Shown here piece by piece: positions 1-13,100 of a stretch of 64,000 nucleotides of DNA. Within the stretch, counting starts at the first letter, position 1; every line of letters starts with the position of its first letter. The DNA is taken from positions 7,149 through 71,148 of the forward strand of contig MCFE01000462.1 in NCBI GenBank assembly GCA_002104905.1, written 5' to 3'. Under the pieces are notes generated by a model. It searched no databases and had not been told where the DNA came from. It saw nothing but the letters and a program-made list of their open reading frames with translations. The translations under genes and the position numbers were made by a program. This DNA is from Basidiobolus meristosporus CBS 931.73. Its lineage: Eukaryota > Fungi > Basidiobolomycota.

Positions 1-2850
1 AAGGAAAGCTCAAACACTCTGGTCAGCTCCAAGATGATCATGGCCCGGAATTCACCCAAGGTCTCCAGCGTATGAAGTATGACTAGGTTCTGCAATGCTG
101 TTAGTGCAAGCCTTGACGGCTTCCCCGAATGGCTGCTTACCATGGAAACCTCTTCTGAGCCCGGAAGGGTCACCGGAGCCGAAGCATCTTGACTGGCCTG
201 GCCGAACACCGCATAGTTCAAGGCATCCAGGAAGGAGCACATCGTTTCGAAGAACGTCTGCTTGATATGGTCGTAGACCTTGGTAGACATCTGTCATCAA
301 AGAAACTGGTTAGGCCAATTGGATAAGCAAGTCAAGAAGGATGCCTTACGTTGGTGCCTCCACCTTCATCAATACTCTCGGTGTCGACGATGGAGCTGAG
401 CGTGTGGATGGCATACTTCTGGAACTGCGTGAAGTCCTTCAACGAGGCTTTGCGCGAGGAATAGCGATGGACTTCCGCCAAAAAGAATTGCTTGCAGTCT
501 AACAAATTCGGATCAGAACACCGTAGACAAGGGTTTGGAAACGCCAGTGATACTCACCGCTCTTCCAGCATTGACAGAAGCTGGTCACAAAGTTCCATTT
601 CACCGCCTTGAGCAGGTCGGTCAGCTCAGTGGCGACGTGGCCTGCCATGGCCATCGAATTCAACTCATTGGAGAATGTGGTGAGGTGAGTGATGATTTGC
701 GTGAGGAAGTAGCCGGTCAGATAGGTGTGGGTAGTGGGCAATTTCACTGCCACACTGGCTTCCGAAGGTACCACACGGAATGGACTGTCGGGTGATTGGT
801 CAACGAAAAACTCACCCTCGATGGCGAAAACCTTGGACACCAGACAGGCGTAGAGAGTGAGGATCTGCTTTGCCATTTCGTGGCATTGCTCAACTTTCTG
901 GATGTTAACACCGTTGCGACGTCTGCGCAGTTGATTCCATATGGATCCATTCTACAATCGAGATTCCGGGTTAGCGGGGTGTGGGTGGTCGGGGCAAACC
1001 AGGGCTACCTTCTTGAATTTGTCATCGATGAATGATCGGGCGATCTTCCAGTAGTCAGGTAATGACTTGAGCACCACATCCGACAACGCTTTCACAATAT
1101 TGACGATACTCTGCCATATGTGAACGCCGTTGTCTACACCTAGAGAGGAGTACTTTAGTCCGGGGCCAGCCAGCGCGTACGCACAACCACTAACCAGACA
1201 CGCTTTCCCCGCCCTTGGACTCGATGGCCTTTCGCAACAGGGCTATTCTCTGAGCAGGCGTGATCTCGGCTTCGGAAAGGTCTACAAAGGCGACGTGTTA
1301 CCTCCGGAAGCTGCGCGAATCTCTGGCGAAGGGATACAAACCGGCCAGCTTTCGACACTCCTCTTCGAAGGTGCTGTTCAAGCTTTGTACGATGTATTTG
1401 AATTGGCTTTCCAGATAGAACCAGACCGGGTCTATTTTCGAGTCTAGTTCGAGTAAGTAGCTATCGGAGAGCAGAGCATTGGTTAGCAGCGCGTCAAAAA
1501 CGACCAGGGAACGTCTTACATGATATTCTTCTCCTGAGCCTCCATGGGAACACTGGTATCCCCGAGCTGCTTAAACAGGTTGGTCCTCAAGTGCATGACG
1601 ATCTCCTCGACCTCCTTCCACACTTTGTCCAGCAGTCTTTTGATGGAGGCATTCTCGAATTCGGCCGAGGAGTCCTCTTGCTTCTCCGGATTGAATACGG
1701 CATTGGTGAACGACTGCATGGCCACCTTTCCTCTCTTGTAGTCGTGCACTGCAACCTCGAATTTTTTCTAGAAATCGGTGAGACTCGGGCTCCACTGAGT
1801 GACACTACGAAACTGACGAACCTCCTCAATCGACTCTAGCAAGCTGCAGGGGAGGTTGAAGAGCAGGCGATAGCGGTCAATGGCCGTCAAGGTGCTTCGG
1901 ATTGTAAGGCCTTTCTGAATACGCGACATGATAGGGCCGAATGCCTCATGGGCCTTTGCCGTCGTGTCTGTCATCGTGTCAATAAGGGATCCGGCGATTT
2001 ATTGATGAGGCGGATTACCTTCTAGGCATTGCCGGGTGACTTTGGTTCCGTACTCTTCTTTTTCGTCCAGGTTTTTGGTCTTCATCTCCGTGTAGACAAC
2101 TGCTTCCGTTAACACCTTCCCTTGAGCAGAGGTGGAGGTTTGGTCAGGTCTTACCTTCTACGGTGTTCTTGGCACACACGAACCGATCGAAATTATCCTT
2201 GACCAAGGTTTTCAACGCCTCGGAGCGCTGCTCAATTGCCGCTCGCAAATGGTACTTCCCGTGGACGAGCGCCTCGTAGGATGTATCCATGTGAAATTGC
2301 TTCATAAACAATGCGGGGTCGAAGGATTTGTCTGTGATGAAGACAGACGCTTTGCCTAAGGGGGAATTGATAAGCACGAGTCATAAGGTGTTCGAGGCCA
2401 TCAAGACGCTGGGTGGACCTTTGCTATAGGTTTCTCGGAGTAAGGACTCGCTTCTTGACAGCCGACGCTCTCCGAGGAGGCTTCTACAGGATAGGCGACG
2501 TTACGTTAGAAAGTCGGGCAAGGAAGGTACATGGTAAACTAACCTGAGATCCCCTTCTTTAAGCCCCAAAGGATCACCCTCATTCTCCAGTAATTCCTCT
2601 TCCTCAACCTCAGGTTTGTCAGCTCTGGCATATGCAAAGTTCGGAACAGCCGACCAGGCAAACTCTTCAATATCCAACTCCGGGGTGTCTGTTTCAACCC
2701 ACGTGTTTGGCTCCAAGGAGTCCAAACTGTAGTGACGTAACACTGGAAATGGAGAGTCAAAAGAGGAACTGTAAGTTATCGAAAAATGACACAAGGGATG
2801 CACCACAAGTACACACGCTCTGCTTCGTCGAACCGTTTGAAAAAGCTCAT
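1..2850 (-). CDS. SEC5: Exocyst complex component Sec5/EXOC2, multi-exon; 3' end runs off the left edge
   Basis: Spliced reading from ATG 2850: MSFFKRFDEAEL-LRHYSLDSLEPNTW..DPLGLK, ASVFITDKSFDPALFMKQFHMDTSYEAL..LKTLVKDNFDRFVCAKNTVE, RSTLTAIDRYRLLFNLPCSL, KKFEVAVHDYKRGK. GT-AG introns join the ORF fragments in frame. Confidence 0.9.
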
Positions 2851-3334
2851 CAGGCTGTACTCGAGGGATTTCTTGGCGATATATCAAAGGAATTGGTCGG
2901 TTTCTCCCGTTCTTTATGGGTCGTGTTCAGAAGAAAGTCAAGAGGGTTTCGGTATTTTACGCCTCGAAGGCAACTGGGTACTCTTGCTTGTGGCGGATTA
3001 GGAAGTGGGAGCGAAACTAAGAAGAAATGCTGAAGGATGATAACCACCAAGCGTCGTTAAGGCAGTCGAGTTGTTAATATTGCCTAGTAACTTGCGTTTG
3101 AACTTCGATTTTATACAAATGTTCAACAAATGCTGGGAAAACAATCCATGATTCGGCCCAATTTACTTAATTATCTACCTCAACTAAGCCAACTTCACAT
3201 GGCTATCACACAATTAGAATCCGTGAAAATGATTGTATCATACAAGATCGAACAGGTTGCAATTGATAGTATATTGCTAGACAACATGTATTCTTCAGGT
3301 TATATATATGTCAATGGTGGTAGTGCTGCTTATA

Positions 3335-3937
3335 TCAAAAGGGCAAAGGTGGGTTCAGCTTCAAGGATTTCTTGAGCTCCTTCCTCCGGCTCAGTGCTAG
3401 CTGTTTGCGTGATTGCAATTCCCTCAGGACCTCTATGTATTTATGGAGCTGCTCGTTAGAAACCTGCCAAGTTTGTGGCTAGTGATAGAAGAGGACCTTG
3501 TTTGTTTTCTGACGAGCGGTAACGTTTCAGAAGCTCAAGGAAACCATGACCCTCTTTTTTTTCCGGAGTCAAAGAATTCTCTGCCTCCTGGAAAGGTTGA
3601 TTGTTAAGAAGAGTTCCCAGGGAAATGAAGCAAAACTAAACAGCCACCTCTTGTAAGATCTTTTTCGTCGTTTGTCGGGCTATGAGTAGGCTCTCTAAAT
3701 CGCGTATGGAGGTTTCAAGACTCAGTGCGTGGTCAAAACGGTTCTTCGTATGCATGGAAAGCAATTCAAGCCTATGATATAGATGCACCCTAACACAGGC
3801 AAATCTTAATATTGGCACAAAAACAAAGCACACGGGCGTACTAACAATTCGTCCCTACTCACTGAATACTCTGGATCTGTGGAAAAGGCGGTGTGTAGAC
3901 CAGCCAAAGTGTCTTCCAGGTATTTCACGTCTTCCAT
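3335..3937 (-). CDS. Small 4-exon coiled-coil protein (~126 aa), function unknown
   Basis: Exons 3937-3870, 3771-3648, 3587-3497 and 3432-3335 join in frame via GT-AG introns: MEDVKYLEDTLAGLHTAFSTDPELELLSMHTKNRFDHALSLETSIRDLESLLIARQTTKKILQEEAENSLTPEKKEGHGFLELLKRYRSSENKQEVLRELQSRKQLALSRRKELKKSLKLNPPLPF*. Some donor sites are weak. Confidence 0.5.
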
Positions 3938-4197
3938 AGCAGGATGATAGAATCGACATGTATATAATGGGAAGGTTTATTAAGTAGAATGAAATTATCT
4001 GATATAGGCAATCGATGAATGATTGATTCTACCAAGAAATAATGTCCAAGTGCATCGATGACAATTCAACCATATTTACAGAAAAAGATGCCTAAAACTG
4101 AAACAAGCACAGGAATAAATAAAATCAGTCCGAAATACTATTTACACAAGTCTTTCAGAGGGCAGGGCAAACATGCTACATTCACAGTCAATCCGCC

Positions 4198-7100
4198 TTA
4201 TTTTTTGGATGGAGGAGGGGTTTGCTGAGGATACACTCCGCTTGGATGCTGGAACATTCCCGGCATGTTCATGGGATTCATTGGGCCAGATGTCGCGGGG
4301 TGGAATCCATGAGGTGCCGGAGACGATGTTGGCATCGGCATGTGTGGATGCCGGGGGTATCCAGAGCCTATAGGGACCACAGGAGATTGTGGTCTACGGC
4401 CATACTGGCTCATATCCATAACCGAGGGAGAGGTTGTTCGTCGATAGTGGTTTGAATCTATCGTAGCAGGCGAAGCTGTACGACGAATCTGAGCACTATC
4501 TATAGTGGTGGGTGAACCACTGCTATAGCCAACATGATCTAGAATGGTAGGCGTTCCAGTTCTAAAGGGTGTATTATCAAACATGGATGCAGAATCTCGG
4601 TGCAGAGTCCTAGGCTGGTGCATTTGAGTTTGCTGATCCTTCTGCATAGAAGCTGACGGGTAAGGGAAAGAAGAGCTACCGCTAGCCGTTTGGCTGAGCG
4701 GTGTTGATGAGCGGTGTGGTGGCTGGATGATTTCAGGATAGCGCTGTCCGACGCTTTCTCGATTGTCATACGTATGTTGATTAGGAAGAATCGGTGGAGA
4801 TTGTCGATACACACTTGGCCCAACATTTGAGTTTGGCGCTGAATCAACCGAAAGACTTGGGGATGGTGCAGATGAATGATACCCTTCTAGTGGTTGAGGT
4901 ACCCGGCGAGATTGTTGGAAATTCGCTGCTCCCTCAGGGGCTCCAGGCGCAGGATAAGGCTGCTGCGGACTGTTCCTGGTTTGTGCAAAGCTAAGATGTT
5001 CTGGAGGGAAGTGAGTTGGTTGGGGGCTCATAGATACTGCCTCTCTCGAATTTTGGTGGAATACAGGCTGGTGCGTATCTCGAGAACGCGATGCTGGTAC
5101 CGGGGTGGAATGCCGTGAGGGCTGACTAGGTAGTTGACTTGCATGTGGGGGATATTGAATCGGCTGAGAGTGTAATAATGAAGGGTTTGACGGCTTGCGG
5201 GAATGGCCGACCGGCAAAGGTTGATGAGGGCTTGATGTTCGGGGCGGTTGTGCTTGTGGAGCTACAGCAGGATGCGCTGAAGGGAGAGTCATCGCGGGTG
5301 ACTGGGGACGCGAATAAACGCTGGTCTGTTGAGGTAACCTGGGTGAGGGTTGGATTAAAGGATGGCTTTGACGATGATGAGGAATTGGTGCATGATAGCT
5401 GGATTGGAGTGAAGGTTGTTGATGTAAAGGAGAAGGTGTGTATTGTGATTGGAGTGCTGAGTGATCTACAGGCTGAGCGTTTCCGGGAGATGGTTGTTGA
5501 ATTGGAGAATGGGATAAAATCCGAGGGTGGGATCCCTGAGGCTGTATCTGAGATTGTACACGTGGTTTTGTTGGTCGAGATTTGGCGGGCATTCGAGAGG
5601 GCTGTTGCTGAGTTGGGCTTTGACTTATGAGCTGAGTGATAGAAACTTGGGAATGTGGCGAGGTGTGCGGAGGCAGACTACTGGCTGAGGGTTGCCTAGA
5701 ATGCCGTTCATAAATATGTGTTGGGGCTGCTGATTGGCCTTGACTACCAGACCGATGCCTAGAGGTGGTGGTTGTTTGTAGCTGGCTTAGAGCAGTGGCA
5801 GCAGCAGCCATGGTAGTAGATGGGGCCGTACTTGAGGCTGCTGACTGCGATTGGATTTGGAGAAGTTGAACCTGCGGTTGTGTTGGTTGGCTAATTTGAG
5901 ATTGTGCGGATGGAGTTAAACTGAGGCGGTGGTGTGACATATGCAAAGGGTCCGCGCTGGACATGTCGGCTGATCCACGATTTGAAACTAACCCGGTGTT
6001 TACCTCACTTGCGGGCGTTGAATAAGGTGGCTGACTCTTGTATACAGCGGAATAAGGTCCTTGCACATATGGAGAGCTCTTAGTGCTGACAGATTGATTC
6101 TGGCCTGAGCCTATAGAACTTGCTTCACGTTGTGACTGATACCGGTCAAATTTGATCTCACTTGCGCTAGAAGAATTGAATTGCTCCGCTGGCGGAGCTG
6201 AACCAACATCTTCTCCGAACCAATCAACTAGCGCATTCTTTCCTACCTTGACAGACTGATCTTCCTCTGAAGGCGCATTCAGTAACGAAAAGATATCTGT
6301 GACACCTCTAGCTCGTTGAGGAGCTGGCTTCGGTGCGGGCCGAGTGTCCTGGCGATCATTATCGAAAAATCCAGACTCCATCCTAGAGCTTTTGGATGAG
6401 GTTGAGTATTCTGATCTAGTCGGGGAAACCATTGGTGCCTCTAACGGAGCAGGGTGATTAAGGATTCTAGTGACAGATGATTGCCTTCTAGATTCCCGTG
6501 ACAGATCGTTTTGATGATACTCTAACCGGGCATGCGAGCGTATTTGATTTACCGACGAGACTGGCTGTGAATCGGGTCTATGAACTGGCAATTGTGCGCT
6601 GGGGTGAGAAGAAATTGGCAATGTTCGATCATACACAGCACCCTGTAGCATGGTTTCCTGTTTGGTGTAATCGAACTTTTCGTTATCGTTACTAGCAATG
6701 CGAGAAGCCGATGGCCCAGTAGGTACAAGCATGTTTGGAGAACTCTTTGGCTTCATCTCCAGCTTAGGTAGTGCCTTTGGAACGTCTCCTGGTGCCGGAT
6801 TTTCGTAAGGTTGATAAGATATAGATTTCCCGACAATTTGATCCGGAGTTCTAATCCCAGAATACTGAGCAGGTGAATAACTACTGGGCACAGAAGGTGC
6901 ACTGGAAGCCTCTACTGGTTGTGAGCTAGTATTAATGTTCGGCTTGTAATCAGAGGTAGTTGCTGGATAAGTGAAGTTTGAACGGCTCGAAACCCCGTAT
7001 TGATGTTGTGATTGATAAACATCGGAAGAGGTGGGAGTTTCACTTAGTGACCTCATGTTGAATGCCCCCACGGAATTCGCAGAGGATGAAGGTACACTCT

Positions 7101-10100
7101 TCGACTCGGAAGTGCTATAGTTATCCTGCGAATTCGGTTGTGCAGGTCTGAGATCTTGAATATTAGATGATGAATGCTCAGGAGCGGAGGGTTTGCCACT
7201 GCGATGGGTTGTCGACGAAATGGCCTCAATATTTTTGAAAGCTGGAGGGTTCACCATCTGATTTACAGAGTATATCATGGGTGATTCTGTAACACCGGAT
7301 GATGGTAGGGCATTATTCATAGAATAACGAGAATTCGACCCAGATGGCCCAACAGCTTGCTCATATTTCGAGGGCGCTTTGTTTGATCCAAAATTAGTGG
7401 CAACCATTTCCGAAACGGCGAGTTTGCTTTGAGGGTAAGGAGGATTAAGTGAAGCGGCTTGTGTCTGCTCGACAGATTTGATTTCAGAAGTAAACAAGTG
7501 CGTTGGCATTCCCGGAGTGTTGACACTTGTTTTGGCCTGACGTAAAAGATCATCTGTGCTCTGTGTATCTGATTCAGAGCAAATGTGTCCACTCTGGTTG
7601 ATATGTGATTCTTGTTTGTCCAACTTAGATCCAGCAACCGAAGGGGCGTTATGTATTCAGAGCCGCAACAGATGCCTTTTGCTGAGAACTTGTTGAGATT
7701 TCTCCAAGTCCCGACGAGCCAAGTAGTACATTCGACACAGTTGATGCTGGGGAATAGGCTGGTGTCACCATTCGCTCACTTGATGTCATGCTATTGCCAG
7801 TTGCTACTGACTGTTCTTTAGGATTCGAAAGCTCAGATAGAAGACTTGAGATTGTATTGAGTCCAGCAGGCGACGTTGCCGGTGCCTTGACAGGCTCCAC
7901 CAATACGTTTTTACGATATGACTCAGATAGTGTCGAGTTCTTGGGTTCAAGTTGGACAGGTGTATTCGAGCTTGTTTCCACTATACTCGAAGTCTTTTCG
8001 GCACTTGGTTCCGTTGGTTCTGTAGGCACATAAAGTTTGTCCTTAGCCATGGCTACAGATGATAAAGATTCCAAGAAGCTTCGACCCTCATGGTCATTCT
8101 CGTTAATATGACCCTTCTCAGATTTGTTGGTTGTGCCCAACGTATTATCTGAAGAAGCTGTCTTGATCATATCAACATTTTCAGCGATGCTAGGATGTGT
8201 CATACTGGTGTTTGAAGCAGATGATGTAATCTTAGAATCTTCAGGTAGACTTTCGTCAACAGTTGAATCTTTGCAGGACGCCACGTATGAAGTAGGCTGC
8301 ACTGCATGCTCACTTGAGATTTGAGAATTTGCTGTTGAATCGATCGCAGGAGCAACAACGGATGCAGAAGCCTCTCCACTATCCTCTGATAGAGCAGTTG
8401 AATCTTCATGTTGTTTAACTATCTTCTCCAATCCAAGTCGTTCCGTGTTGATGTTGTAATAACTTTCAACTTCAGACGCGCTTCTAGACTTGACATGCTC
8501 AGCAATTTTGACCCAATCTTTTCCATGCATTCGAAGAGATTCAGCAAATTCTGTTTGCTCAAACGCTGACCAGTCATCGGAGCTTACTCCTGTCGTTTCT
8601 TCAGAGACACTTCCACCTTCTTGAACTACGTCTCCTTCATCCTCGTCGTCCGAGGACAAAGTTGATAATAGTGCTTGGTTGATTTCTTCTTCCAGCAATG
8701 CGTCATCGATTACCTCCGAAACTTCGTCTCTTTGTTCTGGTAATTCTTCGTCATCGGAGCTCGGAATGTCAAGTGAAAGATCAAAGTCCTCTACCACGGG
8801 TGGCTTGGTAATGCCTGTAGGTTTTACCGACTCTTCCAATTTTTGAGGCTTTGTTTTTGATGCAGAATGTGATAAATTGCTGGAGACCTGACCAGGTTTG
8901 CCTTCATTTCTATCAGAGTGTGAAGGTGTAGGCCCAGAAATATCAGATACTGGTGCTACATATGCTGTGCCCTGCTCCTCAACAATTGTTTCCTCTTCAT
9001 CAGAACTGTCCTTATCTAGAATATCCTCAATAGCAGCGTTTACTTCATCTATGATATCCATCTCGTCCTGGGAAATTGGCTCTTCCTTTTCGGCAGGGGA
9101 TGGCTCTATTTGTTCCTTCTTGCTGTCCCGAGAAAGTGGCTCATTTTTTCTTTAGGGTGGGCTCTTTGTCCCTTTGGTCAGCGATTTTCTGCTTCTCTTC
9201 GTCGGCAGGGCCTTGCCTCTCGAAAGACGATGCCTCTTTCCTCTTTGCTTGATACGACTCCTTTCTATCTGAAGCAATGCCCCGTTTGTCATGCGAATGC
9301 AGCACTCTCCTTTCCTGCATAGAAGCCTTTCTGAGTTGAGTGGGAAGCCCTTTCTTTTCTTGAGAGGGTACGTCTCGTCGAATTTGAGATGATGCACCCC
9401 TTTTTTCTTGGAAAATCGAGGCCTTCTTGGGAGTTGAGGATCCTTTCTTGTCCTCTGCAAGATTTGATTTGTGACTTGTCTCAGTCTCGCCAGGAACAAA
9501 TTTTCCGCCTGCAGGCCTCAAAGGAATAGGCTTCGGTGGTATGTTTCGATTGAAACTGGATTTGGCAACGCTAGTAGGCTTTCCAACAATGGGCTTATTA
9601 GGCTTAATGAATAACTTTCCGCTAGCACTCTCATTGTGAGAATCCCTATGGGACTTCATACCAAATGGCTTGTGAGGGGTGGGTCTCATGAACAGACTCT
9701 CGGAGCCGCCTGGCTTTACCACGGATGGTTTAACCATAGAGGTCTCCCCCTTGCCAACAATCGGCCTAATACTCGGGAATTTTCCAGGCCCATGTCTAAC
9801 ACTCCCGTCATTAGCCAATAGCTTTTCGTTAGGTTGCTTGGCATGAGCAGCTGCGCCGAGTGAATCTTTCTTGTCATCAATGCCTTGCTCATTGATAACC
9901 GAGTCATTCATAACTACATCCCCAGATTTAATCCTGCTTTCCGTTTTGGGTTCATCAGCACTCTTATTTAGGGCAAAAGGCTTCTCCGTTGGCAAGCTGG
10001 GTATATTTTGGGGTACCGGCAGGTCACTTTCTTGCACCATGGCAGTGTATTCGGGCATAGATTTCCCTGAGGCGACAGTATTAGTTGGACTGTAGGCGCC

Positions 10101-13100
10101 GGCCTCCCGAACTTTAGGTAGGATGGTAGCATCAGAATGTTTGTTGAATGAGTCAATATTGGCAATTCCTGGCTTATTAGAGCTCTGTATCGTTTGAATA
10201 AGAGCACTATCACTTCGCTCCAATATGGTGCTTGATATCTCAGGAATCTCCTTTCCTTTCATTACATCACTGGATTTGCTATGCTTCTGAGAATCATTTT
10301 CAGTGCCGTTCAATGTGGGACTAGCACGGTTGGAGTCCATCGCTACAGCATTGTTGCTGCTTTGATTTATCTCCGCTTCAAATGAATCACTTGTTATCTC
10401 AGGTTGGGGACTATCTTGACTAGAAGCATCCAGAGTAGGAACTTGAGTATCCAATTTCTGAGCTGATACGTCGACACTATCCTCGCGTATCTGAGGCTTC
10501 TCCGAACGGTCCTTCAGTGTCGACTCTTCACTAGCAGGAATAGCATGTGGTTTGGTATCCAAAGAAGAATCCTGGCGGTAGCTTGTTCGAGCCTTCTTTT
10601 TGAAAGTAGGCAGGGTTTCAGGAAGGTCACCCCGTTCGTCAAAATCTAGGGATCTAGATGCTGCATCAATATCCTGAAGCAAAGCGTTGCCTTTGCTCTT
10701 ATTATTCCCGGGATTGGAAGTCTTGCTAGAATCTTTGCGAGCCACCGGTCTTCGTTTTTTACCCCGACCCGTAATCAACCCTTTGAAATCTATGGATTTC
10801 TTCTCTCGATAATAGAACAGCACGCACTGACGAGCATTCTTGTGTTTGAGAAAAGAAGCGATTTTGCCGAACTGCTTAGGATACAACAGATACTTCTTGA
10901 TGAAAATATCGCGTTCTTCTTTGGACCATTCATCTACTGAGCCTGCGCAATGATAGTATTTGTATGGATTTTCCACAAGATTGTTGCGATTATCATACTT
11001 TGTAAGCTCCCTTTTGTATGGATCCAATACCATCGATGGGATGGTCGCTACAGTTCGAAGGCACCGAATGTTAGGATTACGAAGCTCCTCATTCTCAAGA
11101 GATTGGATAATCTCAAGCAGCTCTGCCTCACTACGGACCGTATCACTATTATAAGGTCCTCCATGGCGTTGTGTTCGAGAAATTGGGAGATTACTAGGAC
11201 CAGAAGCGGACAATAGCTCATCTTTGAGATACCTTCTTCCTTTTTTCTTCTCTTTATGTTTCTCCAGCTTGACGATCCGAACTCTCCATGCCTCAAGGTA
11301 CTGCTTATACTTTTGTCGGAGTTCGTTTTCTTTTTGCTCAAGCGAGTCATACTTGTGGCGCATGTGATTAAACATTAAGCTTCGGATTCTCTTATGCGAC
11401 TCGATGTTTTGACAATAAAATGGATAGTCTTCAAACTTTCGAAATATAGGCCCCAGAGAAGGCTTAACATTGGTTTGAACTAGCATTTGATTTTCAGCAT
11501 ATATCTTTTTGTGAAGCGATAACTTCTTAGTCTTCTGGGATTTCCCATTAGTCGCTTGGACACTGCTGTTCCCGTTTAATCCGCCATCCACTGCGTGAGA
11601 AGGCAAGACATCAGCTGGATCCGCTTCTTGGTTTACGTTCTGGTCTATTGCCAAATTCTCGATTGTGTTGTCTTTTTGCGCCTCTGAGGAATTCTCGGAA
11701 TTGTCCATACATGATTGCTTGTTCTTTCGAATCTCAACCAAGAGTTCCTCGTAGCGCCCAATCTCGGAGTCGATCTTATCAATCATCGCAAATATTTTTT
11801 CCTGCGTCAAGGAATCATCAATGTTTAACAGAGCTGATGCTCCTTCGGGTTCATCTTGTATTTCACCAGGCTCAATACCAGCACTTTCGTTAAACGTTAC
11901 CGCTTTTTCTGTGTCCATATCAGTAGCCTCGTCTGCAATAGCTGATTGAACTTCATTTGTTTCAAAAGAAACGCTCTCATTCACACTATGGCTCTCTGAT
12001 TCAACATTCGCCTGCTTTTGCTCCTTGCAACCGTCTTGTGTTGTTGGTTGAGCGCTATGTTCAGATTTCTCGCGGGAAGAACTTTCTACAGTCAGGTCAT
12101 CACTAATTGCCGCTTTGACCTTTATGCACTTGGGATACTTTGCCTGTTCACACTGAACTGATTCATCGTTTGCTGTATCCGCCTCGCATATAGGCATTGC
12201 TGCAGTAGTAACGTTAATTTCTGGCGCAGCGAGACTTCCGAGTTCAGCGGTTGGTGGCTTGATAGGTTCGTAATTTTGAGGGTCCGGTGATTTGTCAACT
12301 GGAGGGCGATCCAACTCATGGGAACTGGTAACTTTGCAATCGTCCCTCTCGAGTGATACTGAGTCAGAAAATTTCGCCACACTATTACTGGAGCTATCCA
12401 CAGTCTCCCTGGAAATACTTGGCATAGAATCAATCTCAACTAACGACTTCTCGTCATTCTGAACTTCAGAATCTATAGGATTTTCTGGTTGAAGGCCCGG
12501 TACTTGTGAAATGCTTTCCTTTAAGTATGGCTTGGTTTCTACTTCAGATGACATCATACCCGCCTGTTGTATAACTTCTTCAGCAACTTCTGAAGAAGGT
12601 ACTGGCACTTGGTTGACGGCAGCTGCTGCATCATCACTGTGGAGCTCGTGGGATACAGAATCTATCTCTCCAGGCTCAGGAGATTCTACTGACTCCGTGA
12701 CAGTCAATTCGATATTATCATTGATACATGTAGATTTCCCGGGCTTAAGATCTACATCAGCTGTCCGTTCTGTATGATCTGGCTTTATCGACTCCTCCTC
12801 CTGGTTATTAATGTTGCTGCTTTCGTCCGGTTGGTCAACTTTGGGGATTTGTGGTGGCTCTATTTTTGAACTCTGCTTCAGCTCGGCTATCTCATCTCGA
12901 ATTGGATACGATTTGGCATTGCAATGAACGTTCTTTCCACGTCTGTGCCATCTTTCATTTTCCTGTATATTTTCGACAGAATCCGAGAGCTCGGAGCCAC
13001 CTATCTCCCCCTCTTCGAGTTGATCCGAGTGCTCTTCCTCGCTCTGCCCCATTATTTGAGGGCTCAAATACTGGTTATCATTAGAGGGTGGCTTGATGGT

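Noticed and set aside
5139-5630. 163-aa + strand ORF
   Set aside because: Antisense to the S/P/Q-rich tail of paralogue A; composition mirrors that low-complexity strand.
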